From Octopus sinensis (Eukaryota), in contig NC_043003.1 in NCBI RefSeq assembly GCF_006345805.1, positions 100,750,001-100,814,000 on the forward strand: 64,000 bases of DNA, written 5' to 3'. Under the pieces are notes generated by a model. It had not been told where the DNA came from. It saw only the letters and a list, made by a program, of their open reading frames with translations, and made no database searches. This document shows positions 37,701-49,641 of the stretch, one piece after another. The first letter of the stretch is position 1. Each line of letters starts with the position of its first letter. A program made the translations under genes and the position numbers.

Positions 37701-38019
37701 TATAAGTGTGTTTATTTACACTCATATTTATATTAAAACATATTTATATACATCTTTGTGTGTGAATGTATGTGTATGTGCAATCATGTTTGTTTACATT
37801 TCTTAAATCAATGAAATCTGTAAATTATGTTATTCTTTACTTAGAAAAGGAGGTAATATTTTGAAAATGAATGGGCTTAATATTCAATTTCATATATATG
37901 TGTGTGTGTGTGTAATTGATAAACTGAATACAATTTGTGATAAAAATTTGTAGTTTTATTTTAATTAAAACACAATCAAATTCACAGCAAAATATTTTAC
38001 TAGTTCTCCTGCATTTATC

Positions 38020-38531
38020 AAACTTACTAATTATGGCTTATCTGGGATGTGGGAAGAGAAACATCAGGGTAATGTTTGGATTCTTCAGAAGCCATCATCA
38101 TATTCTTGATTAGATAAAGAACTGAGTAAATGGAGTTCTTAGAAATAACACCTAATCCTGAACTAGCTGAAGTGTTAATAACCTTAAAAAATGCCAAGTC
38201 CAACCTGAGTCCATTTCTGGGTCTATTATGCAAAATTTCAGGCTTAATAATTAATATGATATTGACAGAGTCAATAGTAATATATTTATTATCAGTGCAG
38301 ATAGGTTTTATATAAGTAATAAAGAATTATATTAAAAGAAAAACAATTTTATAGCATTATGAACTGAACCTTGAGCAATTTGTTTTATTAATCTTCTTAT
38401 TTGGAAGAAATTTGTAACAAAAGAAATTATTAACATTTGTATATGATAAAAAAAATTTGATATTTGTTTACACACACAGAACCCGGATGTTTCATTCCCC
38501 ACGTCCCAGATAAGCCATAATTATTAAGTTT
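38020..38531. mobile_element. ~510-bp MITE-like element with ~55-bp imperfect TIRs
   Basis: aaacttactaattatggcttatctgggatgtgggaagagaaacatcagggt versus the rc of the right end aaacttaataattatggcttatctgggacgtggggaatgaaacatccgggt; TSD not resolved. Confidence 0.7.
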
Positions 38532-38699
38532 TCATCAGTGAGAGCAATTCATCTGGCAATTCAACAGATTCATCAACTTCAAGCATAGAAAACTAAAATC
38601 ACAGTGCATAGGATAACTCTTCCATACAGCCAACACACAAAATAGTAAACCACAAATAGAGATACCTGGCCTTACTTGGGAATAAGATGGCATAGTTTT

Positions 38700-38995
38700 T
38701 TCTTTGTTTTATTTGTTTCAGTCATTTGACCATGGCCATGCTAGAGCACTGCCTTTGGTTGAACAAGTCGACCACAGGGTTTATTCTTTGTAAGCCTAGT
38801 ACTTATTCTATCAGTGTCTTTTGCCAAACTGCTATGTTATGGGAATGCAAACACAGCAACATTGGTTATCAAGCAATGGTGTGGGTACAAACACACACAC
38901 ACACACACAAATATACACATATATACGACAGTCTTCTTTCAGTTTCTCTGTACAAAATCCACTCACAAGGCTTTGGTCAGTCTGAGACTATTATA
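38700..38995 (-). mobile_element. SINE (same family as 29613), 5'-truncated
   Basis: Consensus tail and central microsatellite. Confidence 0.75.
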
Positions 38996-39004
38996 TAATC
39001 GTTA

Positions 39005-40370
39005 TCATCTTTCCATGCTAGCATGGGTTTGACGGTTTGACTGAGGGCTGGCAAACCAGATGGCTTCACCAGGCTCCAATCTTGATCTGGCAGAGTTTCT
39101 ACAGCTGGATGCCCTTCCTAACGCCAACCACTCCAAGAGTGTAGCGAGTGCTTCTACATGCCACCAGCATGGGGGCCAGTTAGGTGGTACTGGCAATGAC
39201 CTCGCTTGAACCTTTTTACACATGCCACCGGCACAGCTGCCAGTAAGGCTATGCTGGTAACGATCATGCTCGAATGTTGCCCTTTTACATGTCACCGGCA
39301 CGGAAGCCAGTTAGCCGCTCTGGAAACGATCACGCTCAGATGGTGCTTTTAGCACCCTACTTGTACGGGGCACAAGTGCCAGTAAGGCGATGCTAGTAAC
39401 GATCACACTCGATTGGTGCCTTTTATATGTCACTGGCACGGAAGCCGGTTAGCCGCTCTGTCAACGATCACACTCGTATGGTGCTCTTTGCACCCCGTTA
39501 GCACGGGTGCCAGTCATCGAATTTCATTTGCCTCAGGTTTTCGCAAGCGGAGTTTAGTGTCCAAAGAAGGAAAAGGTACGCATAAGTCGGCTGGTTACGC
39601 CCCTGGCATATGCCACAAGGTTATGGTCTCATTTGGCTTGCCGGGTCTTCTCAAGCGCAGCATATTTCCAAAGGTCTCGGTCATTAGTCATTTCCTTGGT
39701 GAGGCCTAAAGTTCGAAGGTCGTGCTTCACCACTTCATCCCAGGTCTTCCTGGGTCTACCTCTTCCACAGATTCCCTCAACTGCTAGGGTGTGGCACTTT
39801 TTCACACAGCTATCCTCATCCATTCTCGCCACATGGCCATACCAATGCAGTTGTCTCTCTTGCACACCACATCTGATGCTTCTTAGGTCCAACTTTTCTC
39901 TCAAATATGCACACTGACATTACACACCCATTGGAGCATACTGGCTTCATTCCTTGCAAGCTTACGCATGTCCTCAGCAGTCACAGCCCATGTTTCACTG
40001 TCATGTAGCATGGCTGTTCGTACACATGTGTCATACAGTCTACCTTTTACTCTGAGCGAGAGGCCCTTTGTCACCAGCAGAGGTAAAAGCTCTCTGAACT
40101 TTGCCCAAGCTATTCTTATTCTAGCAGCTACACTTTCAGTGCACCCACCCCTGCTACTGACTTGGTCACCTAGGTAACGGAAACTATCAACTACTTCTAG
40201 TTTTTCTCCCTGGAATGTGGCGGAAGTTGTTCTCTGCGCATTTTCAGTGTTTATTGCTCCCGAGCATCTGCCACATACAAAAACTATCTTCCCAGTTAGC
40301 CTTCCTTTGATATTACTGCACCTCTTATGTGTCCATAGCTTACACTGGGTACATCTTATAGACACACACA
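39005..40370 (-). mobile_element. RTE-clade LINE 3' part, with Cys-rich finger and tandemly repeated 3' UTR
   Basis: CTQCKLWTHKRC...FVCGRC, EVVDSFRYLG, QLHWYGHVAR, GRGRPRKTW; two ~139-bp tandem units at 39239-39515. Confidence 0.9.
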
Positions 40371-40391
40371 TACACCAATATATCCATACAT

Positions 40392-40449
<58 letters not shown>

Positions 40450-40491
40450 AAAAGAATGAAATGAAAAAGTGTCCAATATTTTTTTTTTCAG

Positions 40492-40689
40492 GATCGTCTA
40501 AAATCAGCAAAGCTTTACAAGTGTAAAAAACCTCAGGCTTCCACTACAAATGGCATTGGTGCTGTTAAAAAACCAAAGACATTTGTTCCTGGTGCTAAAC
40601 TATCAACAGAAAAAAGATCAGCAGCTGCATCCATGGTTGGTTCAAGTCTACCTGCTGGATCTTCAAAAGAAGAAATTGAAGCCATTAAG
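40492..40689 (+). CDS. SNRPA1: U2 snRNP A' exon (198 nt): DRLKSAKLYK...KPKTFVPGAKLSTEKR...SKEEIEAIK
   Basis: T-rich CAG acceptor, GT donor, phase 0/0; aligns to human U2A' ERQEAEKMFKG...KTFNPGAGLPTDKK...DVEAIK. Confidence 0.9.
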
Positions 40690-42493
40690 GTACTCTTAAC
40701 TTGTTGATTATGTTAGATAATGAATGTGGTTTCTTGTACTTCAGGTCACTAATTCTTATTTTAATGTTAGTGGTTCATATTCTGTTCCCATGCAAAACAG
40801 CTGTTGGCTCCATTAACTCTGTAGGTACCACAGCTATTGGGTCCACAGTGTAGGTACAAAGTGGTGCTGTCATTCATTGAAACAAGTCACAGCACTGCAA
40901 CTGTACACTTGACAAGTGATTTGTTGGTTTTCTTAACTGAATTTATGTCCTTCTGCAGACAACTGGTTTCTTATCCTTTAAACCAAAATAAAGAGTTAGT
41001 TGTAGACTAAGTATATGTGAAATGATAGTACTCTTATTTTATTATTTTTGTATCTTTATTAATTTTTTGCTGCTGCTTTCAACTGCTTTATATGATTTAG
41101 CTGATATGAAGCTGAGATTAAACTTCTGATTAATGATTTCACAATCTCTGAAGCTGAATTTTCTGGAGTTGTTTCACTGTCATCAATCTTCCTAATGTCA
41201 AATGAGTATTTGAAGTAACTACTGCAAATTTACAAAATGCTAAATATGCAATATTTTCGCTTATTACAAGCAGTAGTGACAATGTCTCCTCATAGTACCT
41301 ATTTATAGCTAAGTGGATTCAGCTATGGAAAGCTAAAGATCTTAACTATATATATTTATGACATTAAGCTCTGCAGTAGCCAAGTCTTTTAAGTAATAAT
41401 ATTTTATCATTTTGCTTTTATTATTTTTCTGTGATGCATAGAAGAGAAAAAGGGTTTTTTTTTCTGTAAGGTATATTTTAAATTTCTTTCCTCAAGAAAA
41501 CAGTGGTACAAAACAATAAATTTTAGACACAACTCAATGTTGCATGGCTGGGAAAGGCGTTATTTCTCTTTCTTCATTTTCTTCATTTTCAACTAAGCAA
41601 CCAACACTATTTTACTTTTTCCTTCATTAAATTACTTTATTTCCCTCTTGGTTTGGTATTGCAATATTTTAGCTATTACCAATAGATTATTAAATATTGT
41701 AGACATTATTTTTAATCACTGAACAATTAAGCATGCTCATCATCATTTAGCATCCACTTTTCTATGCTTGCATGGATCAGATGGAATTTGTTGAGGCAAA
41801 TTTTTTACAATCAAATGCCCTTCCTGTTACCATCTCTCACCTCTTTCCAAGCAAGGTAATATTTCCCTGTGACAGCATAGAAAGAAGACTGGGAATAAAC
41901 GACCTTACTTGTTTACAACAATCACATGTCCTCAAGACAAAGGTACCCACAAATGCACACACACACACATGACTGCCTTTTACATTCCATTTACCAGATC
42001 CACTCACAAAGCTTTGGTCAGTCTGAGACTGCAGTAGAAGACACTTGCCCAAAGTGATGCACAATAGGATTGAATCCAAGACCATGTGGTTGGGAAGCAA
42101 ACTTCTTAACTCTGCAGCCACTTTTAAAGACAATTTAAGATGATTTAAGGAAGCTTTATATTATTAATATAGTGGTTATTATTTTTTTTAATACTCAAAG
42201 TTTTAATTTCATTTCCTTTTATCTATTTCTTTTTGTTTGTTTTCTGTTTGTACTCCATCATGTTCCTCAACACCAATTATTCAACTATGAAAAAAAAAAA
42301 GAATCCCCTGTTTTGTCCTGAGGCATAGCAAATAGCAATATTTAAATCTGAAATCATGGCAACTGTAATATAATAATTTCTGATAATAGTTTTGAAAAAT
42401 ATATTTTTGTCAATTTTTTTTTCAGGTGCCTCAGTATGTATTTATTTGCTCATATCTTTAATATTAATTTTCAAATTTTCTTTTGATCTACAG

Positions 42494-42587
42494 AAAGCAA
42501 TATCAATGGCAAAGACTTTGCAGGAAGTGGAACGCTTGAACCAGATGCTACGGTCTGGACACATTCCTGGCTTTGAAATTAAAGGAA
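42494..42587 (+). CDS. SNRPA1: U2 snRNP A' exon (94 nt): KAISMAKTLQEVERLNQMLRSGHIPGFEIKG
   Basis: CAG acceptor, GTGAGG donor; matches NAIANASTLAEVERLKGLLQSGQIPG; ends in phase 1. Confidence 0.95.
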
Positions 42588-43569
42588 GTGAGGATTATTT
42601 AAAAAAAATTTTTTTGTTTACTTTTTTATTACCAGTAGAATGTATGTTTATTTTTCTATGTTAAGAAAATTTCTTTATAACTCTGATCACTCAATTCTGA
42701 AGAAAGAACAAATTTGCTCATAGCTGGGAACTTTATCAAAATAGTAAATGTTGTAAGATGGTTCAATCAAACAGAGTACAACCCAATTAACAATAGTGTG
42801 TTGATTGAGTGGGCCCTTTTCCTAAATCTTAACATTTTGAATCTACATTTTCTTACCATGTCTTACGCACACACATACATATATACATGCACAAGCATGG
42901 CTGTTTGGTTAAGAAGTGTGCTTCCCAGCCATGTCATTTTAGGTTCAGTCCCACTGTCTGGCATCTTGGATGTCTTCTGCAATAGTCCCAAGCTGACCCA
43001 AGTCTCGTGATTGGATTCAGTTGGCAAAAACTGAAAGAAACTACTGAAAGAAACTACTTTGTGTGTGTGTGTGTGTTTGCGTATTCTAATTTTGACATTA
43101 CATGGTAGTTGTAAAACAAGTGTTTATATCATACAATCATCGTCATTCATTTTCAATCTTCCATGAAAACATTTCTGGCCCTGAGGAAATATTTACCTTG
43201 CTTGGAAACAACTGAGAGACAGCAACATCAAAAATCTACCTCAGTAAATTCCATCTGAGCCATCTGGAAAAGTGATCATTAAAATGGTGATGGGTGATAG
43301 AGCCACATATGCACATATAATGTCATCATCATTTTATGCCTACTTTCCATGCTTGCATATGTCAGATAGGTCATCACTGTCTAAGTTTCCTATCCAGAGG
43401 ACAGATTAGAGGATCATTTTTCACTCGTATGTTACTTTTTGGTACAGTTTATACTGCTAGATCCCCCTCCTGTTGCCAGCCTTGTACAGGGTGTCGTGGA
43501 TGTATTTTATTGTAGCACTTGCACTAGACAGGTTGTCATATCTTTGACACTGATAGTCATAGACATGAC

Positions 43570-45020
43570 TCTAGCATGCAGAAGTGGTATTCTGGGATGC
43601 TAGACAGTGTATCAGAGAGAACCTAGATGTTGTGGTTGAGTACTTTGTACATACAGATAATGGTTTGCTTGCACTTACTGATTCTAAGAAGAAAGAGGCA
43701 TGGAAGTGTCGCTATGAAAGGTTGCTAAATGTGGGGAGAAGGAGAATCTTCCTAATATGGGCCAGCCATCAGAATTGACAGTAGTTTGATTGGTAGAGCA
43801 GTTAAAGATATGAAAACAAAAAAAAAAGCTAATGCTCCATTGGGAATTACTGCTAAGATACTTAAAATATTTGATGGAGTAGGATACAGTCTGGTTGCCT
43901 GTATAGTTTAATCAGGTAATTCAGGAAAGTGTCATTCCTAATGATTTGTGTAGCAGTTTTATAGTCAGCTGCTACAAGAGTAAAGAAGATGCCTTAGAAG
44001 TAATTAGAGACATCAAATTACTGGATCAGGTCATGAAAGTTACAGAGAGTTATAACCTAATTAATTAGAAATAGAGTAGATGAGATACAGTTTGATTTTG
44101 TGTTGAGTAGAAGTACTACTGATGATATCTTCTTAGACAACTGCAGAAGTATTATACTTGACATTTGTTGACTTGGAAGAAGCCTTTGGCAGAGTGTTTT
44201 GCTCTGTGAAATGGTGGTCTCTGAGGAAGCCAAGTATAGATGGATGACTTGTGGAAGTTGCGCAAGTCACATACAGGGCTGCTGTCAGTAAAGTGATAGT
44301 TAACCAGGAGTACAGTGATGAATTTAATGTACAGGTAGGCGTTCACCAGGACTCAGTTCTCAGTCTCATCCTATTCATCATTGTCTTCCAAGGCCATAAC
44401 AGTCAAATTCAAGACCTGCTGTCCTGGGAACTGCTATGTACTGTTGGTCTCACTCTCATAGTAGAAAAGAAATTGCAGGCGTAAAAGCAAAACCTGGAAT
44501 CATTGTCTTAAAGTTAACTTAGCAAACACCGAAGTTCTAATAAGCAAGAAAACAAGCAGGACCCTACCTACCTCAGATAAATGGCTCTACTTGATATGTA
44601 GGAAAGGTGTAGGCAGTAATTCCACATGCTGTACCCAGTGCAAGCTATGAGCACACTAGATGTGCTGTGAAATTACTGAAAGGTTGTAAGAGAAAACTGT
44701 TTTTGTGGAAGATGCACATGTACCATAGAGTTTGAGGTCACATGGGAAATTGATTCTCTCAAATCCCTAGATTGATAGTTTCTGTTAGCTAGGTGACCTA
44801 ATTAGCTACCGAGGAGGATGTTCTGAAAATGTAGTCACTAGAATAAGAATAGAATGGAGAAAGTTCAGAGCCGTTACTTCTATTAGCAATGAAAAATTTC
44901 TCCCTTTTCAAGAGGAAGGCAGATTGTATGATGCTTGTGTACATTACAACTATGTGACATAGTAGTGAGATGTGGGCTCAGAATACTGATGACATGAAAG
45001 ATTAGAGAATAAAGCTTAGT
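43570..45020 (+). mobile_element. Heavily decayed RTE-clade LINE (RT region), intronic
   Basis: AWKCRYERLLNV, IKLLDQVMKV, FVDLEEAF.RV, FNVQVGVHQDSVLS.ILF, and a CTQCKLW-like segment. Confidence 0.8.
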
Positions 45021-45584
45021 AGTGAGAATTTTTTTTTTCCTTTCTCTTTTTTCCCTGTTCTTTTGTGTTGTAAGTTTCGTGGCACAAAAAAACCCCACTC
45101 AGTACCCTCTGTAAGAAGAGCATCCATCATAGAAAGCATGCCAAAGATGACTTTGGAGCTCAACACAGCCCTGCAAATTGCAGATTCCCTGTTAAACTGT
45201 CTTACTCATGCCAGCATGGAAAGTGGATGTTGAATGATGTTGATGATCCATCAGCTGCTTTACAGAGAGTACTGGATACATTTTATTATGATGCCTTCCA
45301 TAATCAGCTAGTATAAGTTGATAATGTTAACTAAAATTACAAAAGATTGCACTAAGCAACAAGAGTGCTAGAGATTTGTTGTTCATCCCATATAACCATG
45401 GGATTACAATCGAAGGAATTAGGAGGCCACATGGGAAATTGATTCTCTCAAATCCCTAGATTGATAGTTTCTGTTAGCTAGGTGACCTAATTAGCTACCG
45501 AGGAGGATGTTGTGAAAATGTAGTCACTAGAATAAGAATAGAATGGAGAAAGTTCAGAGAGCCGTTACTTCTATTAGCAATTGG

Positions 45585-46130
45585 GACTAGTTAAAGTCAT
45601 AGAAATTCTCTGACAACCACTTCTGACATTGTTTTCAGTGTTGTGCAATTGGTCTTATCATCTGAGAAGAATCAGATCATCCCCAGCTCAACAGGCTACC
45701 TCAGTTTGTTCAGGAGCTTCTTTGCCTTCATCAAGTGGTTCTCCTTGGCCTTAACTGACAGAATGTGTCCCTTGCACTTTTTATATGAGTGGTAGCAAAG
45801 GTCCTCATTCAGGGCCAATTTCATGGTAGCTATTACAAGACCCATCTCTCTCGCTAAAGCCTGGATCTTCCACCACCTAGTCCCACAGTTGTTGGATGAA
45901 TCCTGGCTTGCAAACACAGTTCGAACTCCTGCTGGTCATAGCTTCATGGTGTCAGCATTTTGATACCCATTGTAAATCATCTTAATGAGGTAACTTTTTT
46001 CCAATATTCAGATGGCTGCCAATCCTTTGTGCCAGCTATCTTTTTCTCAACTGCAATTTTAATTTTTATGTTCTCCAATGTTGTTAGCTGTTTGTTTACC
46101 ACACATCAAGCTGTTCTTGAAAAAAGGAGA
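45585..46130 (-). mobile_element. Tc1/mariner (maT/DD37D-like) fragment
   Basis: ALAREMG...ALNEDL..HSYK..KGHILS.KAKENHL.KAKKLLNKLR...FFSDDK. Confidence 0.7.
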
Positions 46131-47467
46131 TAACAATTGTCAAATTTAGCCCTAACACTCTATATGTTTATATTAGTGTGGGGCTAAAAACTACATTCAA
46201 ACAAAAACACTTGATTGTGTTCATGTCCGACTGATGTATCTCCCTCACTCTACTGTCCAGTTTGTATTTAAATACTAAGGTTGATGTTATTACAATTTGT
46301 GGCCTAATCTGACAACCAATAGATGATTAAAAGACAAGCTTCATGTGATATATATTTTAGGATTTCATGTTGTGTGCATATGTGTATAATTATATCTCCA
46401 TGTGCATCATCATTATCACTATTTGACATCTGTCTCCCATGCTGGTGTGGTTTAGATGGTTCAACATGATCCAACAAGCCAGTTTCTATGGCTGGGTGCT
46501 CTTCCTTAAACTGCTTTACAAAGTGTACTGGGTGGTTTTTTCCTGACACCATCATGAGTAAATGTTACCAACTAACTCAACTGAATGGGGTTGTAGTAGA
46601 GAGGGAGATGACTTTATGTCAGGTGTTGAGAGGGTATGATTGAAGGAGGAGATACATTGCTATCTCACATTATATAAGGGCAAAAAGAAGTAGCTAATAA
46701 GAAGACGATGATGGTAACAAGATGTCTGTATACTCAAGGTGAGAATAAGAGAAAATACAAACAGGATTGGGAAAAGTAGGTGGGTAAATTGAACAGAGTA
46801 TGAAAAGAGAGTGTTGGTGTTAGTGTAGAGATGAATGCAATGCACGGAACAAAAGTGGATGTGTAGTCAGTGGAAAATTTCAGTATGATGAGGGGAAGAG
46901 AAAGAAATAGGAAGGAGGAGTGATAAGTGGTGGTTCAGGAAGGATGGAAAGTAGCAGTATAATAAACTTGTAGATAGATCAAAAACTAGGGAGATGTACA
47001 GTGACTGAGCAGGATGTCAGAGGTATGTAGGAGGGGTTAAAGTGAGTGAGGGACAAATGTAGGGAAAGTTATCAATAGCTGATAAGGGAGAGTGCTAAGG
47101 ATGAGGTGTGGCAGTCCTAAGATTGGCTCAGGAGAGGGAGAGATAACTGGGGCATAGAAAGGGATGACCAGATAAATTGGAAAGGTATGATATTGAAAAT
47201 GATGGATGGATTTTAAAAGGAAGTAGTTTCAAGGAGGAAGAGATGTAACTGGAGCACAAAGTAGTAGTGAAATGCTTGCAGATTTTGCTCATGATTGCAG
47301 CAACTGAATACTGTTGTAGTTAGAAGATCAATTTCCACTATTACATACCATGTCTTTCTGGCTCTTCTTATCCATATGCATCACATAACCATACCAGTAC
47401 ATTCAACATTATATAAAAATCAATGTGCGTGTGCATATATTTATAATGTATATATGTTTCTTTGTAG

Positions 47468-49542
47468 GGCCAGAAGAGGATGCAGAAGAGGAAGAAGTTA
47501 GCGGAAAGGAGAGTTTGCCACGAGAAACTTTGCGGAAAGATATACATCAGAAAGAGCAAAACCGAAAAAGGGAGCACCAAGATGATGATAGGTGGCAGGA
47601 AAGTGAAGCAAAAAGAAAGAAAGAAAATCAAGACAAACAAGTGCAGCAACAAAAGACCCAACGTAAACAGGATCTTGAACAAGAACGTAAACAACAAGAA
47701 TTAGAACGCAAAAAAGAGTTTGAACGTAAGAAAGAAATTGAAAAACAAAAGGAGCTTGATAAACAGATGGAACTTGAAAAACAGAAAGAAGTTGATCGAC
47801 AAAAGGAACGTCAGAAAGAGATAGAGAGGCAGAGGGATTTAGAAAGACAAAAAGAGGTAGAGAAGCAGAAGGAATTAGAAAGACAAAAAGAGATAGAGAG
47901 GCAGAAAGAATTAGAAAGACAAAAAGAGTTCGAGAGGAAGAAGGAAATTGAACGCCAGCAAAAATTAGAACAACAGGCAGAGCGAGAGCACCAACAAGAG
48001 TTAGAACGACAAGCAGAGCTAAAGCGCCAACACGAGTTAGAACAACAGGCAGAGTTTGAACGCCAACAAGAACTGGAACGTCAACAGGAAGAGCTAGAGC
48101 ACCAACAGGAACTGGAACAACAGGCAGAGCTGAAGTGCCAAGAGTTAGAACGACAACAGGCAGAGCTAAAGCGCCAAGAGTTAGAACAACAACAGGCAGA
48201 GTTGGAGCGCCAACAAGAGCTGGAACGACAACAGGCAGAGTTGGAGCGCCAACAAGAGCTGGAACGACAACAGGCAGAGTTGGAGCGCCAACAAGAGCTG
48301 GAACGACAACAGGCAGAGATGGAGCGCCAACAAGAGCTGGAACGACAACAGGCAGAGATGGAGCGCCAACAAGAGCTGGAGCGACAACAGGCAGAGTTGG
48401 AGCGCCAACAAGAGCTGGAACGACAACAGGCAGAGTTGGAGCGCCAACAAGAGCTGGAACGACAACAGGCAGAGTTGGAGCGCCAACAAGAGCTGGAACG
48501 ACAACAGGCAGAGATGGAGCGCCAACAAGAGCTGGAACGACAACAGGCAGAGCTGGAGCGCCAACAAGAGCTGGAACGACAACAGGCAGAGTTGGAGCGC
48601 CAACAAGAGCTGGAACGACAACAGGCAGAGTTGGAGCGCCAACAAGAGCTGGAACGACAACAGGCAGAGTTGGAGCGCCAACAAGAGCTGGAACGACAAC
48701 AGGCAGAGTTGGAGCGCCAACAAGAGCTGGAACGACAACAGGCAGAGTTGGAGCGCCAACAAGAGCTGGAACGACAACAAGAACTGGAACGACAACAGGC
48801 AGAGTTGGAGCGCCAACAAGAGCTGGAGCGACAACAGGCAGAGTTGGAGCGCCAACAAGAGCTGGAACGACAACAAGAACTGGAACGACAACAGGCAGAG
48901 TTGGAGCGCCAACAAGAACTGGAACGACAACAGGCAGAGTTGGAGCGCCAACAAGAACTGGAACGACAACAGGCAGAGTTGGAGAGCCAACAAGAACTGG
49001 AACGACAACAGGCAGAGCTGGAGCATGAACAAGAGTTGATGTGTCAAATGAACCAGCAGAAACTTCTGCAATTGAAGCAGCAGCAGTTGGAACAGGAAGA
49101 ACTGGAGCGACAGATGTTGGAACAACAGCAGCAACAAATGGTCATTGAAGCAGCTGCTGCAGCAGAGATTGAGGAAGAAGAAGAGGAAGATGAAGAGGAA
49201 GAGGGAGAAGTGGATGCTGGTGAAGAAGATGATGAAGAGCAAGCTGTTCCTTCTACTCCGCCTCTTCATCTACAGCATTCTGTGGGAGGAGACTCTGCCA
49301 AATCTGGTGAGGAAGAAGAAGAGGAGGATGATGACGACGAAGAAGAAGAAGAAGAAGAAGAGGAGGAGGAGGAGGAGGAGGAGGAGGGTGAAGTAGAGAC
49401 TGTTGAAATAGAGGATGATGAAGATAGCCAAGATGTCAAAGTAGAAGTTGAAGATGAAGAGGAAGAAGGAGATGCAGGAGAAGAGGTGGAAGTAGAGGAG
49501 GAAGTTGAAGTAGAAGACGATGAGGAAGTGGAGGAAGAGGAG

Positions 49543-49577
<35 letters not shown>

Positions 49578-49641
49578 AGAAGAGGAGGAAGAAGAAGAAG
49601 AGGAGGAGGAGGAAGAAGAAGAAGAAGAAGAGAGGAGTTAG
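47468..49641 (+). CDS. SNRPA1: Giant terminal exon of U2A' (coiled-coil repeats + acidic tail); probably ends at TAG 49716-49718 if a 1-nt indel near 49630 is corrected
   Basis: ttctttgtAG acceptor; phase-1 junction A|GG CCA gives R-PEEDAEEEE, like human G-PTDDGEEE; 724 uninterrupted codons. Assignment to SNRPA1 rests on phase and weak similarity, not on transcript data. Confidence 0.72.
48190..49023 (+). repeat. Coding minisatellite, 39-nt unit (QQAELERQQELER) x ~20 plus two extra 18-nt half units
   Basis: Unit caacaggcagagttggagcgccaacaagagctggaacga, counted from the translation. Confidence 0.95.

Noticed and set aside
48190-49023. CRISPR-like array
   Set aside because: Head-to-tail coding repeats with no unique spacers, in a eukaryotic context.
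48135-49269. 297-aa TTTGRVGAPTRAG frame and 362-aa antisense LLALQLCLLSFQ ORF
   Set aside because: Stop-free shadows of the 39-nt repeat. Only the Q/E/R frame extends beyond the repeat and links to a splice acceptor.
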